A program made the translations under genes and the position numbers. This document shows positions 48,742 to 59,042 of a DNA stretch of 64,000 bases, piece by piece. The notes beneath the pieces were generated by a model. The model did not search any database and had not been told where the DNA came from. It worked only from the letters and a program-made list of their open reading frames with translations. Each line of letters starts with the position of its first letter. The stretch's first letter is position 1. Source of the DNA: Pseudomonadales bacterium (GTDB lineage Bacteria; Pseudomonadota; Gammaproteobacteria; Pseudomonadales; GM7GCV1); the NCBI GenBank assembly GCA_965204215.1, contig CBDBDZ010000013.1, forward strand, positions 1,165,606-1,229,605, in the 5' to 3' direction.

Positions 48742-51700
48742 ATGAAACCACACATTCAACCTAAAATATCGACAAAACAAAATATATTAATTAGTTCTAT
48801 AGTCATCTCATCATGCTTGATCGGTATCCCTTTAGTCGAGGCACAATCGCAAAACCCAAATGATACCAGCTCTTCACAAATCGAAGAAATGGTAGTGACT
48901 GGTTCTAGAATTAGAAGACCAGGCTTAGATACAATAAGACCAGCAATCTCTGTAGACTCAAGTTTACTTGGAGATAGAGCTTTCACAAATATCGCTGATG
49001 CATTAAGCGAAGTACCTACTTTTGGTGCAGGAATAGACCCGAATGGGGCGCAAAACGCTTTCACTGTAGGGCAAAATTTTGTAGACCTATTTGACTTGGG
49101 GTCACAACGAACTTTAACATTAGTTGATGGAAAACGGTTTGTATCTTCAAACACCCCTAGTATATTCGGCTCTGAAAGTGGTTTTCAAGTTGACATTAAT
49201 AGCATTCCAGTCGCTTTAGTAGATAGAATTGAAGTCGTACCACTAGCTGGTGCTGCAGTATATGGTTCAGACGCTATCGGAGGAGTTGTTAATGTAATAT
49301 TAAAAGAAGATTTCGAAGGTTTTGAAGCCAGTTTTCAAACTGGTATAACAGAAGAAGGTGATGGTGAGACATATCAATACCAAATAGTAATGGGTACAAA
49401 TTTTTCTGATAATAGAGGGAATATTACATTTTCTCTAGAACATGACAGACAAGAAGGGTTACTTCTAAATGAAAGACCCAGCCTTGTAAATAACAACCCT
49501 GGATTTTTAAATTTTGGAGGTCTTGATTTAGATGGAGATGGTAACGATGATGATTTGGATGGTGATGGACTCCCTGATTCTTTCGATGTTTTCACAACTG
49601 GGGGACAAGTCGTACAATTATTATCAGCAGGAGGTGCTGTTTCTGTCCCACCTGCGTTTTTTGCTCCATCAGCAGGCATTGGAGCTCTTGCAGATGGTAA
49701 CTTTTACCAATTTCAACCAAATGGAGACCTTGAAGCATGTACTCCAGGAGAAACTCCTGCTGGTTCAATATTTTTTGCATACGGAGGTACTTGTGGTGAA
49801 GATTTTTTTGACAATGTTGCTCAAATTAGATCTCCTCTCTCTAGAAATGTAGCTACAATATTTTCCAATTATGATATATCTGAAAATGTCAAATTTAAAC
49901 AAAGTCTCATTGTTTCAAATACTGAAGCTGATGAGCTAGTCAATCAAGGAGGATTTCAAAGCTTTCCTTTTTCAGGGACTTCTGGTCCGGTATCCCTCGC
50001 AGTTAGCAATCCATTATTGAATGATCAGGCTAGAGGAATATTGCAAGCAAATGGATTAACATCATTCAATATCAACAGATTTAATAATGATTTAGTATCA
50101 AATGGCATCGACTCTACTGAAAATTTCACATGGAGAAGCACCACATCACTCGAAGGCAGTTTTGAATTTGCTGAACGAAATTTCTATTGGGATATCACCG
50201 CTGTATTTGGTCAATCTGATGTAGAAACACAAACTACGGGAATAATTGATGGACGTTTTACTAATGCTTTAAACACAGTAACTTTAAACCAAGCCAGCTT
50301 ACAACCAGTAATTGACCAACTAACTAATAGTAATACGGATCTTAATGGTGATGGTGCTATAGATGTTAATGACGCTTTAATTGAATTCATTAGTAGTGGG
50401 GGTAGTGGTGTAGCGGATTTACAATTAGGTAGCATTGTTTGCCAAGCAAATATTGATGCCACTACAGGAACGCTTGATGGTGCTAACACTCCACCCTCAT
50501 TTGGGGGAATCACTGACGAAGACTCACCATTTGTAGAAGGCTGCGTTCCCTTAAACCTTTTTGGTCAAGGTGCCGCAAGCCCCCAAGCATTGGCTTTTAT
50601 CAATGGTGGTCCAAGTATTACTTCCTCAGATATTGGGCAAACTGTATACACAGCAAACTTATCGGGAGATGCATTTGACTTACCTGCTGGTACCATACAA
50701 TTCGCTATTGGATACGAAAATAGAGAAGAAACCGCTTCTTTTGTTCCTGGTTTAGGAGCTTCAATACCCATTACTCGAAGTTCTTCTTTCCCAACAACAG
50801 CTGGTAGACTAAATACTTCTGAATTTTATGGCGAATTGTTGATTCCAGTTCTATCTCAGGAAATAGATTTGGGTTCTTTTGATTTTATTGAGCTAGCAGA
50901 ATTTTCGGCATCAATAAGAAACGTAAATAACACTATTACAGATCCTAATGGCGTAGAAAATGAAGATAATGCTAACGCATGGGAAATAGGAGGTAGAATA
51001 AAGCCCTACAAAGGATTATCTATAAGGGGAACATTAACTCAAGCTATAAGAACTCCATCGCTAGTTGAACTATTCTCCCCTCAAGTACAAGCTTTTATTA
51101 GTGGAGCTGACCCTTGTGACAATAGAGAAATTAATGCTGGGCCAAATCCAGACGTACGCCGTGCAAATTGTATCTCTGCTGGAATTACAGATCCTGACAA
51201 TTTTACTTCAAACATACAAAATTCTACTATTATGGGAGCGACTGGTGGGAATCCTAATCTAATCACAGAACGCTCTAGATCTTCATTTGTTGGTCTCGAA
51301 TACTTACCTGAATTTTCTTTTTTAGAAAATTTAACTTTTCAACTAGACTTTTTTAATATTGAAATAGAAGACAGAATTGAAAATTTCGACTTTGAAGCTC
51401 TTGCCGAAACTTGTTTTGACAGCACTTCATTTCCAAACAGCGCATGTTCTCAATTTACTAGAGATGATACTGGTCAAGTTGTTGATGTAAGCGAAAGTTT
51501 CTTAAATGCAGCTAATTCAGAAGTCAGAGGATTTGTAAGTAGAATTACATACGAATCTCCATTAAGTGATTTAATTTGGTTTAGTAACAAGGAACTTGGA
51601 ATAATTGAGTTTGATTTGAGTACGGTTAGAACTTTTAGCGATATCACTCAAGTTGTTCCAACTAGACCAGGAGATCAAGATGCAGGAGACTTTTTCGACC

Positions 51701-52065
51701 CATCATTCGAAGGTACTTTTGATGTCACTTGGGAAAAAGGACCCTACCGAGTTTTTTATCGCATTCAGTTCCAAGACGCGCCAGACCTAGATGAAACTGG
51801 TGATGACATATTTTTATCAAATTTTGATCCTGACGACCTTACAGCAACTACATTTGTCTCAGAAACAAGGCCTAGAATTTTTCAAAATATATCATTTACC
51901 TATAATTTAGAACATTTGAATATCTTAGGTGACACTACTTTACAACTAAGTATAGATAATCTAACAAATCGTCAACCAGATCCAATTGAATTAGCTATCG
52001 GCTACGTATCTGTAACTGAACAATTGGGGAGAAGGTTTAATTTTAGGATTAGAAGTACATTTTAA
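48742..52065 (+). CDS. TonB-dependent outer-membrane receptor (large, ~1100 aa)
   Basis: A signal peptide is followed by a plug-domain start (IEEMVVTGSRIRRP) with IPVALVDRIEVVPLAGAAVYGSDAIGGVVNVILK, and a beta-barrel ending in the terminal F (FNFRIRSTF). The ATG at 48742 is preferred to the TTG at 48733. Confidence 0.9.
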   Translation: MKPHIQPKISTKQNILISSIVISSCLIGIPLVEAQSQNPNDTSSSQIEEMVVTGSRIRRPGLDTIRPAISVDSSLLGDRAFTNIADALSEVPTFGAGIDPNGAQNAFTVGQNFVDLFDLGSQRTLTLVDGKRFVSSNTPSIFGSESGFQVDINSIPVALVDRIEVVPLAGAAVYGSDAIGGVVNVILKEDFEGFEASFQTGITEEGDGETYQYQIVMGTNFSDNRGNITFSLEHDRQEGLLLNERPSLVNNNPGFLNFGGLDLDGDGNDDDLDGDGLPDSFDVFTTGGQVVQLLSAGGAVSVPPAFFAPSAGIGALADGNFYQFQPNGDLEACTPGETPAGSIFFAYGGTCGEDFFDNVAQIRSPLSRNVATIFSNYDISENVKFKQSLIVSNTEADELVNQGGFQSFPFSGTSGPVSLAVSNPLLNDQARGILQANGLTSFNINRFNNDLVSNGIDSTENFTWRSTTSLEGSFEFAERNFYWDITAVFGQSDVETQTTGIIDGRFTNALNTVTLNQASLQPVIDQLTNSNTDLNGDGAIDVNDALIEFISSGGSGVADLQLGSIVCQANIDATTGTLDGANTPPSFGGITDEDSPFVEGCVPLNLFGQGAASPQALAFINGGPSITSSDIGQTVYTANLSGDAFDLPAGTIQFAIGYENREETASFVPGLGASIPITRSSSFPTTAGRLNTSEFYGELLIPVLSQEIDLGSFDFIELAEFSASIRNVNNTITDPNGVENEDNANAWEIGGRIKPYKGLSIRGTLTQAIRTPSLVELFSPQVQAFISGADPCDNREINAGPNPDVRRANCISAGITDPDNFTSNIQNSTIMGATGGNPNLITERSRSSFVGLEYLPEFSFLENLTFQLDFFNIEIEDRIENFDFEALAETCFDSTSFPNSACSQFTRDDTGQVVDVSESFLNAANSEVRGFVSRITYESPLSDLIWFSNKELGIIEFDLSTVRTFSDITQVVPTRPGDQDAGDFFDPSFEGTFDVTWEKGPYRVFYRIQFQDAPDLDETGDDIFLSNFDPDDLTATTFVSETRPRIFQNISFTYNLEHLNILGDTTLQLSIDNLTNRQPDPIELAIGYVSVTEQLGRRFNFRIRSTF

Positions 52066-52351
52066 TAATACCTTTTGACCTAATTAAATAACTAGAGAGC
52101 TTTGCATAATTTGAGTGTACTCTGAAAATTCGTTTGGAATCTCCAAATTATTTCAAGTATACTGTGACGAGAAACCAACGAATCCGAAAGTGAGGTCTCG
52201 GAGAAATTTTTCCAAGCCATAGCAACACTACTCAGGTAAAAATTACTATTATCTTACATCAGCTTATACACTAAATCCCAATTCAGCCATTGCGCGACTC
52301 ATGTAAAGCTCTCTACTACAAAATTACTTCCATTTCCATAACAAAATGAAT

Positions 52352-52376
52352 GCCACACTTTTTAATGTGGCGTTTT
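52352..52376 (+). terminator. Candidate rho-independent terminator
   Basis: GCCACA, an 8-nt loop and TGTGGC, followed by GTTTT. It lies about 290 nt downstream of the receptor stop, just before the IS5-like copy 2. Confidence 0.4.
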
Positions 52377-52397
52377 AAGTATATCGAAGAATATAAT

Positions 52398-53909
52398 TAG
52401 TCAGTCCTGAAAAACATTTATCTATTTGATTATTATATATATTTTGTTACTATGTCAGTGTGATTTCGACCAGATATGTTAAAATGGTCTCTTATTTTTG
52501 GTCGAATTCATTTAAGCAATGCTCCCTCAATCACCGGTAATATCTCCCCAAACTGGCTTTTTTGATATAGCCAGCCAACTCAATCCCAATCATATGCTAC
52601 TGGCCTTGAGTCGTGAACTAGATTGGTCAAGTATCGAGTCATCGCTCAGCCCTTTATACAGTGCTAAAGGGCGCCGTGCTAAACCAATTCGACTTATGAG
52701 TGGTCTGTTAATGTTAAAGCAACTGTACAATTTGAGTGATGATTCAGTCGTTGAACAGTGGCAAATGAATCCCTACTATCAAGTATTCTGTGGAGAGACG
52801 GTGTTTCAAACATTGCCTCCTTGTCATTCAACTGAGTTGGTTAAGTTTCGTCAACGTATTGGCGAAGAGGGCGTGAAGCAACTTTTTCATAGTAGCGTAC
52901 TATTGCATGGACAGGCATCGGATGAAATCACGGTATTGGTTGATAGTAGGGTACAAGAAAAAGCGATTACTTACCCAACCGATAGTAAGTTGGCAGTCAA
53001 GATTATTAATCGGTTGAATAAGTTAGCTAAAGAAGAAGGAATTCAACAACGTCGAACCTTTGTCAAAGAAGTGAAAGAATTACGTTTATCTTGTCGTTAT
53101 TTTCGTCATGTAAAACGACGTGCTAAAGCACGTAAAGTATTAAAACGTTTAAGAACTATAGCTGGTATTTTACTGCGTGAATTACAACGAAAATTACCAG
53201 CAACAGTATTGGCGTTACAGACAGAATCGTTTGAATTGTATGAGCGTGTACTAATTCAACAACCTAAAGATAAAAACAAAGTGTACTCACTACATGAACC
53301 TGACATTTACTGTGTCGGCAAAGGCAAAGACCATAAGCCCTATGAGTATGGACGTAAAGCATCAATTGTAGCCACACAGAAAAGTCAGGTCATTGTTGGC
53401 GTAGCCAGCCATGATGAAAATGAACATGACTCAAAGAATTTGAAAGCAGCTTTAGAATCTGCTCATGAGCATCGGCAAACAACAATAGAACTAGCTGTGC
53501 TTGACCGTGGTTATCGAGGTGCAAACAAGCATGTTGATGTTGAGGTGTTATTACCCAATAAAAAGCTGAAACGAGATACGCCGTATCAATCCCAAAAGAA
53601 GCGAATATTATGTCGGCAACGTGCAGCGATTGAACCTATTATTGGGCACCTCAAACACGATTATCGATTATCAAGGAACTGGCTTAAAGGCAGTGAGGGC
53701 GATTCAATCAATTTACTGATGGCTGCTTGCGCCTGGAATTTGAAAAAATGGATGATCTTTTTCTTTGTCTATCAAAATGTTGATGTTAGCTATCCTGATA
53801 ACGCACCAAAAGCTACTTTTATTTTCATTTTTGAAAACAATATCCTCATATTCAATACTCAATCACTATAATTGTAATCCTCAAATTGCTAATTTTTCAG
53901 TACCGACTA
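52398..53909 (+). mobile_element. IS5/IS1182-family element, copy 2 (intact)
   Basis: 1512 bp with the same termini as copy 1 and an uninterrupted transposase gene. Confidence 0.9.
52519..53871 (+). CDS. IS5/IS1182-family transposase (DUF772 N-domain plus DDE)
   Basis: 450 aa with the N-terminal InsH-type region (GRRAKPIRLMSGLLMLKQLYNLSDDSVVEQWQMNPYYQVFCG) and the DDE region (VLVDSRVQEKAITYPTD ... AVLDRGYRG ... AAIEPIIGHLK). Confidence 0.9.
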   Translation: MLPQSPVISPQTGFFDIASQLNPNHMLLALSRELDWSSIESSLSPLYSAKGRRAKPIRLMSGLLMLKQLYNLSDDSVVEQWQMNPYYQVFCGETVFQTLPPCHSTELVKFRQRIGEEGVKQLFHSSVLLHGQASDEITVLVDSRVQEKAITYPTDSKLAVKIINRLNKLAKEEGIQQRRTFVKEVKELRLSCRYFRHVKRRAKARKVLKRLRTIAGILLRELQRKLPATVLALQTESFELYERVLIQQPKDKNKVYSLHEPDIYCVGKGKDHKPYEYGRKASIVATQKSQVIVGVASHDENEHDSKNLKAALESAHEHRQTTIELAVLDRGYRGANKHVDVEVLLPNKKLKRDTPYQSQKKRILCRQRAAIEPIIGHLKHDYRLSRNWLKGSEGDSINLLMAACAWNLKKWMIFFFVYQNVDVSYPDNAPKATFIFIFENNILIFNTQSL

Positions 53910-54119
53910 CTTATACACCACTTTTGAGTATAGCTCTGACAAATGAGAAAGCTTATTAAAACATTATACTCTCAACTATGCGACCAGTTTATGATTCGAC
54001 GAAATTATGCCAAAACCTTTCAAGAGCTAGCAACACGAATACTGGTTAAAGTTACTGCACTTACTATGATTCAATGGTACATAAAAAGAAACATCAATAA
54101 CATTAAAATCGCCTTTTAG
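53910..54119 (+). pseudogene. IS982-family-like transposase C-terminal remnant
   Basis: RKLIKTLYSQLCDQFMIRRNYAKTFQELATRILVKVTALTMIQWYIKRNINNIKIAF* matches my recollection of IS982-family C-termini. It begins abruptly at the IS5-like copy 2 end, and no upstream part lies on the other side of that IS. Confidence 0.5.
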
Positions 54120-54171
54120 AATGAACCATAGGTTATTAGAGTATTATTGAATATAAATAGAAGTTTGACTT

Positions 54172-56139
54172 ATGGCAAAAAAGGCTGTTTTCAATAGAGT
54201 AGCATTTTATAGGAAAGCAGTTGAAGTTATAGTAACTATTACTTCCTTTGCCGCTCCCGTTATTTTTACTGTAAAAGGTGCTGATTTTTCATACCTTCCT
54301 AAGCAGTTATTTATTTATTGTGGTATCTGTTTAATTATTTTTTTGTTTATTTGTGGGACAATTAATAAACAAAAGTTACGCTTTAATAATTTAGTCTTCG
54401 TATTATTTAGTTTTTTAATATGGTGTTTAGCTTCAGTGTTTTACGCCTATAATTTTTATGAAGCTTTTCCAATATGGGTGTATTGGATGGCATTGGGAGT
54501 ATTACTTATTACTTTATTGCAATTAGATAGCAAAACTTTAATCGTTAATTTGATGCTGGCTTTGATTCTATCGGCAACTGTAAATAGTTTGATTGGTATT
54601 GCACAATATTATGATTATTTACAATGGATTCCTCATAAAACCCCAACATCAGCAACATTTGGTAATAAAAACATAGCATCACAATTCGTAGTCATGATTA
54701 TACCGATTGCAGTGGCTATGATGTTCTTATCAAAATCACTACTTCGATTTTTATTACTGATGCTTGCATCAATTAGTATGTCATTTTTTCTAATCATTGC
54801 TGAAAGTCGCAGTGCATGGTTAGCTAATATGGTAAGTTTAACTACATTATTTATTGGAATCATCATTTTATACTATAGAGAACTACCTGATTTATTACGT
54901 AATAATAGACAAAGAATATTGATTATTGTCACCGTTTTACCAATAACTTGGTTAACATTATTACCTAGCGGTGATTTTTTCAAAGATCGCTTTATAATCA
55001 ATATTAGCTCAATTGAACAATATAGCAGTGAACGTCATAGAGTAGATATTTGGAAAAATACCATCGCAATGATTGAAGATAAGCCTTTCATTGGCTATGG
55101 TTTAGGCAATCATCAATTATTTTATCCAAAATACCACGATGCAGTGGTTGTTGATCAACGAATAGGTGAGCGATCAAAATTAAGATATGTTCATAATGAC
55201 TGGTTACAATTATTATCAGAAACTGGTTTAATCGGATTATCACTCTTACTTGCTTTGATTTTGGTAATTGTAAAATTAACTAGAAACTCTTATGTTTTTC
55301 AAACTTCACGTCAAAATAAAATCTATGTAATCAGTATCAGTGCTGGGTTATTGGCTCTTAGTGTTACAACATTGTTCAGTTTTCCGATGTATCGAAGCAT
55401 TCCACCTTTTGTAGCTATTATCTATTTGGCAATGTTGAGTAATTTAGGTTCTCAATTCACTTTTGTTACAGTGCCTAAATATGTTGTCAGGCTTGTGTTC
55501 CTTATACCGGCTACTTTATTGTTAGTATATTTAATAATAATAATGTTTCCCAAATTTATGACTAATTATGATTATAATATTAGCAAGGAAGCACATAGGC
55601 AGGGCTATAATCAAATTGCTCTTAATACCAGTAAAAAAGTTTATGAAAAAAACCCATATAACAAGAAAGTTCTTCTCCAATACGGTTCTTCACTTCTCAA
55701 TTTAAAAAAGTATAATGATAGTATTGAAGTTTTAAAATTATATAATTCATACTATCCTTACAGTTTTGCTGGATTATTTAACTTAGGATTAAGTTATTTG
55801 CGCAATGGAGATTATCAGCAGGCAAGAGTTAGTTTTCAGAACTTGCTTGATATTTACCCTCGAAACGCTCAAGCCTATCAAAAACTGGGAAAAGTTGATG
55901 TTTTTGAAAAACAGTACCAAGCTGCTGAACAAGCTTATCTAAAAAGTCTAGAGTACGATGCTAATAATGCTGAAGTCTATAACGACCTCGCTTTTATTTA
56001 TTTACAACAAAGTCAATTAAGCAAGGTCATTTATTCTTTAGAAAAAATGATTGAACTGGACCCAAATAGAAAAGATAAGGGAAAAGTAGAAAAGGCTATC
56101 AATCAACTAAAACTTGAATTAAATAAAGGTTCTAAGTAG
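54172..56139 (+). CDS. O-antigen ligase/polymerase-like (Wzy_C) membrane protein with C-terminal TPR repeats
   Basis: 655 aa. About 12 TM helices include the loop RSAWLANMV ... HNDWLQLLSETGLIG that is typical of O-antigen ligase-like proteins. The C-terminal ~170 aa are TPR-like repeats (YQQARVSFQNLLDIYPRNAQAYQKLG...). Confidence 0.8.
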   Translation: MAKKAVFNRVAFYRKAVEVIVTITSFAAPVIFTVKGADFSYLPKQLFIYCGICLIIFLFICGTINKQKLRFNNLVFVLFSFLIWCLASVFYAYNFYEAFPIWVYWMALGVLLITLLQLDSKTLIVNLMLALILSATVNSLIGIAQYYDYLQWIPHKTPTSATFGNKNIASQFVVMIIPIAVAMMFLSKSLLRFLLLMLASISMSFFLIIAESRSAWLANMVSLTTLFIGIIILYYRELPDLLRNNRQRILIIVTVLPITWLTLLPSGDFFKDRFIINISSIEQYSSERHRVDIWKNTIAMIEDKPFIGYGLGNHQLFYPKYHDAVVVDQRIGERSKLRYVHNDWLQLLSETGLIGLSLLLALILVIVKLTRNSYVFQTSRQNKIYVISISAGLLALSVTTLFSFPMYRSIPPFVAIIYLAMLSNLGSQFTFVTVPKYVVRLVFLIPATLLLVYLIIIMFPKFMTNYDYNISKEAHRQGYNQIALNTSKKVYEKNPYNKKVLLQYGSSLLNLKKYNDSIEVLKLYNSYYPYSFAGLFNLGLSYLRNGDYQQARVSFQNLLDIYPRNAQAYQKLGKVDVFEKQYQAAEQAYLKSLEYDANNAEVYNDLAFIYLQQSQLSKVIYSLEKMIELDPNRKDKGKVEKAINQLKLELNKGSK

Positions 56140-56230
56140 CTGATTATTTTGAAACTAGCACAGATTTTCAATAGTCTTTGAAAGAGTTGTTATTGCTTAC
56201 TGCGTTAAGCCACTGATATACATAATATGA

Positions 56231-57718
56231 TTACAATTTTCTAAAACTCAATGTTTCAGTCAAATGCTGTTGCTGGATTTGCTCACTCTCCTGCATGTCC
56301 GCCAGCGTCCTTGCAACCCGAATAATACGATGTATGGCACGAGGCGATAGTTTGAGTTGTTTCATGGCTTGTTGCAAAAATTGTTGCTGATTTGAAGTAA
56401 GTGGCGCGTACTGTTCCAGCTGTTTGCCTTGTAATTGTGCATTGGCACAGCCTTGACGTTGCATTTGTATTTTACGAGTTTGAATCACTCGCTTTCTGAT
56501 ATTTTCACTACTTTCTTCATGGGCGTTAGAAAATAGAGCTTGCTCGCTAGGTCGGTAAACATTAACCCGCAAGTCAATGCGGTCGAGAATAGGGCCAGAG
56601 AGTTTATTTTGGTAGCGTTTAATTTGATTATCGGAACACTGACAACTGTTGTCAGCTGAGCCATAATAACCGCATGGGCAAGGGTTATTAGCTCCGATTA
56701 ATGAGAACAGTGATGGGTATTTTACTTTTAGTGCCGCTCTGGATATTGTGACATTGCCGTTTTCAAGAGGCTCTCTCAGAGCTTCAATCACAGAACGTGG
56801 AAATTCTGGCAATTCATCTAAAAATAATGTTCCAAAATGACAAAGACTTATTTCGCCTGGCATTAATTTTTGATGACCTCCGCCCATTATGGCAATTTTA
56901 GAGGCGCTATGATTGACTTGACGAAAAGGTGGTTGTTTAAAGTCTGTTCTTGGAAGCCCGGCCACTGAGTAAATTGCCGCTACTTCCAATGCTTGTTCCT
57001 GAGTTAACGGTGGCAGGATGGATGGCATACGCCTTGCTATCATACTTTTACCAGTACCGGGGCTTCCAGTTAATAATATATTATGGTTGCCGCTGGCAGC
57101 AATTTCCACAGCCCGCTTGACTTGATATTGCCCTTTGACATCTGCCATATCAGGGTATTTTATTTGATTGTCATCACTTACTAAATTAATTTTGGGCAAG
57201 GTTTGTTGTCCAACTAAATGATTGCACACATCAATCAATGTTGATGCAATGTAAATGTTTTCATACTGGCTATAGATAGCATCTGTTTCATTGCAACTGG
57301 GGATAATGAGTTTTTTGTTATTGGCTTTGCAGGCTATAGCTATTGGTAACAGAGCATTAACGCTGCGAAGTTTGCCAGACAAAGCTAACTCGCCAACAAA
57401 GACATAATCATCAATATCGCTAGCTTCAATTTGACCAGCAGCCACCAGGATGCCAATGGCTATGGGTAAATCAAAGCGCCCACCAGCTTTTGGAAGGTCC
57501 GCCGGTGCTAAATTGACAGTAATGCGAAAATTAGTAGGGTACTTTAACTGCGAATTGGTAATAGCGCTTCGGACCCTTTCTTTCGATTCTTTGACTGCTG
57601 TTTCCGCCAGCCCGACAATGGAAAGCTGCGGCAGTCCATTGGCGAGATGGACTTCGACCTGTACAGCAGGTGCATCAACACCAATATTGGCGTGGCTTTG
57701 AATAATAGAAAGACCCAT
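56231..57718 (-). CDS. comM: Mg-chelatase-like AAA+ protein ComM/YifB
   Basis: 495 aa with a Lon-protease-like N-domain, Walker A (LTGSPGTGKSMI), Walker B (LFLDELPEF), a zinc-ribbon insert (CPCGYYGS..CQC) and a C-terminal helical domain. Confidence 0.93.
   Translation of the reverse strand: MGLSIIQSHANIGVDAPAVQVEVHLANGLPQLSIVGLAETAVKESKERVRSAITNSQLKYPTNFRITVNLAPADLPKAGGRFDLPIAIGILVAAGQIEASDIDDYVFVGELALSGKLRSVNALLPIAIACKANNKKLIIPSCNETDAIYSQYENIYIASTLIDVCNHLVGQQTLPKINLVSDDNQIKYPDMADVKGQYQVKRAVEIAASGNHNILLTGSPGTGKSMIARRMPSILPPLTQEQALEVAAIYSVAGLPRTDFKQPPFRQVNHSASKIAIMGGGHQKLMPGEISLCHFGTLFLDELPEFPRSVIEALREPLENGNVTISRAALKVKYPSLFSLIGANNPCPCGYYGSADNSCQCSDNQIKRYQNKLSGPILDRIDLRVNVYRPSEQALFSNAHEESSENIRKRVIQTRKIQMQRQGCANAQLQGKQLEQYAPLTSNQQQFLQQAMKQLKLSPRAIHRIIRVARTLADMQESEQIQQQHLTETLSFRKL
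56243..56310. repeat. 68-bp direct repeat, right copy (putative attR core, inside the comM 3' end)
   Basis: Identical to 23405-23472 and lies within the last 27 codons of comM. Confidence 0.85.
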
Positions 57719-58049
57719 GATATATCTCCTTAATTTCCAGTTCAGTGATTGATTAATTTAATACTGCGAAGTGTATCTACATGCGATTAAAAAATCAACA
57801 AGCTGATTCACATATCAAGGCTTCTAAAACTTGAAAATCATTGCGCATGAAATTAAAGTATTAATACCTGCTATATAAAATACATACTGAGGCCTTTGCA
57901 ATAAAATTCTTTTACCTTCAAACTGCGTTACAAACGTACTCAATTGCTCATTTACAACGATTAAACTCCGCTTTTCGGTGCGTTTTTGCCTTGTTTGAAA
58001 ACAAAATTTCTTTTATTACAAAGATCTCATACTCCAACTATTTAATTTA

Positions 58050-59036
58050 ATGTCTGCGTTTACAGCCGTCACTGAATGCCCTTATTGTAAAACTGCGTTT
58101 CTAGTGGCACTGAATCAGCTCAATCAAGCCAATGGCAAAGTGCGTTGCGGCAGCTGCTTAGGGATATTTCATGCCCATAAATCTATGATAGTGGAGCAAA
58201 AAAACCTTTTTTCAATGGATGGAGAAGTGCTCAACGCAGCGGCAGTTGCAAAGCCTGTAGAGAGTGAAAAAGATATTGCTAAGTTGATGGCAAAGGAAAC
58301 TTCAGCAAAATCAATAGAGCCAACATTAACTCAAAGAGATCTTAATCAGGAAGATGATATTCGCGATGAATTTAACGAGTTGATGAGCAATAGCCAACCA
58401 CTGACACAGCCGCAAGAATCCATAGATCGCTATTTTGGCGAACCTGAAGAACCAATAGATGAAAACAACGTGGATCCTGGTGCCATGGCAAAAGAACGCC
58501 ACGAAGATATGTTTGCTAATGACCCCATCGTCAAACGTCAGCAAGCCTATAGTGCGACAGCAGCGGCGATGAACTCATCAGCTAGCAATCGTTATTTTAT
58601 AACAGGTATTGTCGTTGCAGGAATATTGCTATTATTGCAAATTGTTTGGTTATTTAGTCCTTACCCAGGCACGCAATACAGCCGCCTATATTGCATGGTT
58701 AATAGTTGTGAGGTGGATAGTGATATCAGCAAGTATTTTCAGGTAAGTGGTGAAGTGCGGCGTTCGGTTGAAAGTGATGATATTCTCATCGCCAAAGTAC
58801 AATTGCATAATCGCGATGTAACTCAGGCTCATAAACTGCCTAATATTATTATTTCATTTGAAGATGCCGATGGTAATTTACAGGCAGGAAGAGAGTTTAC
58901 GCCACAAACTTACCTGAGAAGTAATCAACAGCAATTACAGAAAATTAATGCGAACCAAAAAATTTCGTTTGAATTAAACTTTCTTCACCCTGGCCGCAAT
59001 ATTAAAAAATCGCGGTTTTCAGTGAGCGCTAATTAA
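58050..59036 (+). CDS. MJ0042-type zinc-ribbon / DUF3426 membrane protein
   Basis: An N-terminal zinc ribbon (CPYCKTAF...VRCGSCLGIFHA) is followed by an acidic linker, a single TM helix and a C-terminal DUF3426-like beta domain. Confidence 0.75.
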   Translation: MSAFTAVTECPYCKTAFLVALNQLNQANGKVRCGSCLGIFHAHKSMIVEQKNLFSMDGEVLNAAAVAKPVESEKDIAKLMAKETSAKSIEPTLTQRDLNQEDDIRDEFNELMSNSQPLTQPQESIDRYFGEPEEPIDENNVDPGAMAKERHEDMFANDPIVKRQQAYSATAAAMNSSASNRYFITGIVVAGILLLLQIVWLFSPYPGTQYSRLYCMVNSCEVDSDISKYFQVSGEVRRSVESDDILIAKVQLHNRDVTQAHKLPNIIISFEDADGNLQAGREFTPQTYLRSNQQQLQKINANQKISFELNFLHPGRNIKKSRFSVSAN

Positions 59037-59042
59037 AGCACC

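Noticed and set aside
49374-51266. ORFs inside or antisense to the TonB-dependent receptor gene, and similar shadow ORFs in IS transposases (for example 28135-28365, 30576-30806, 35182-35382, 47193-47393).
   Set aside because: They are shadows of the long, well-supported coding frames. The copies recur identically only because the IS elements themselves are repeated.
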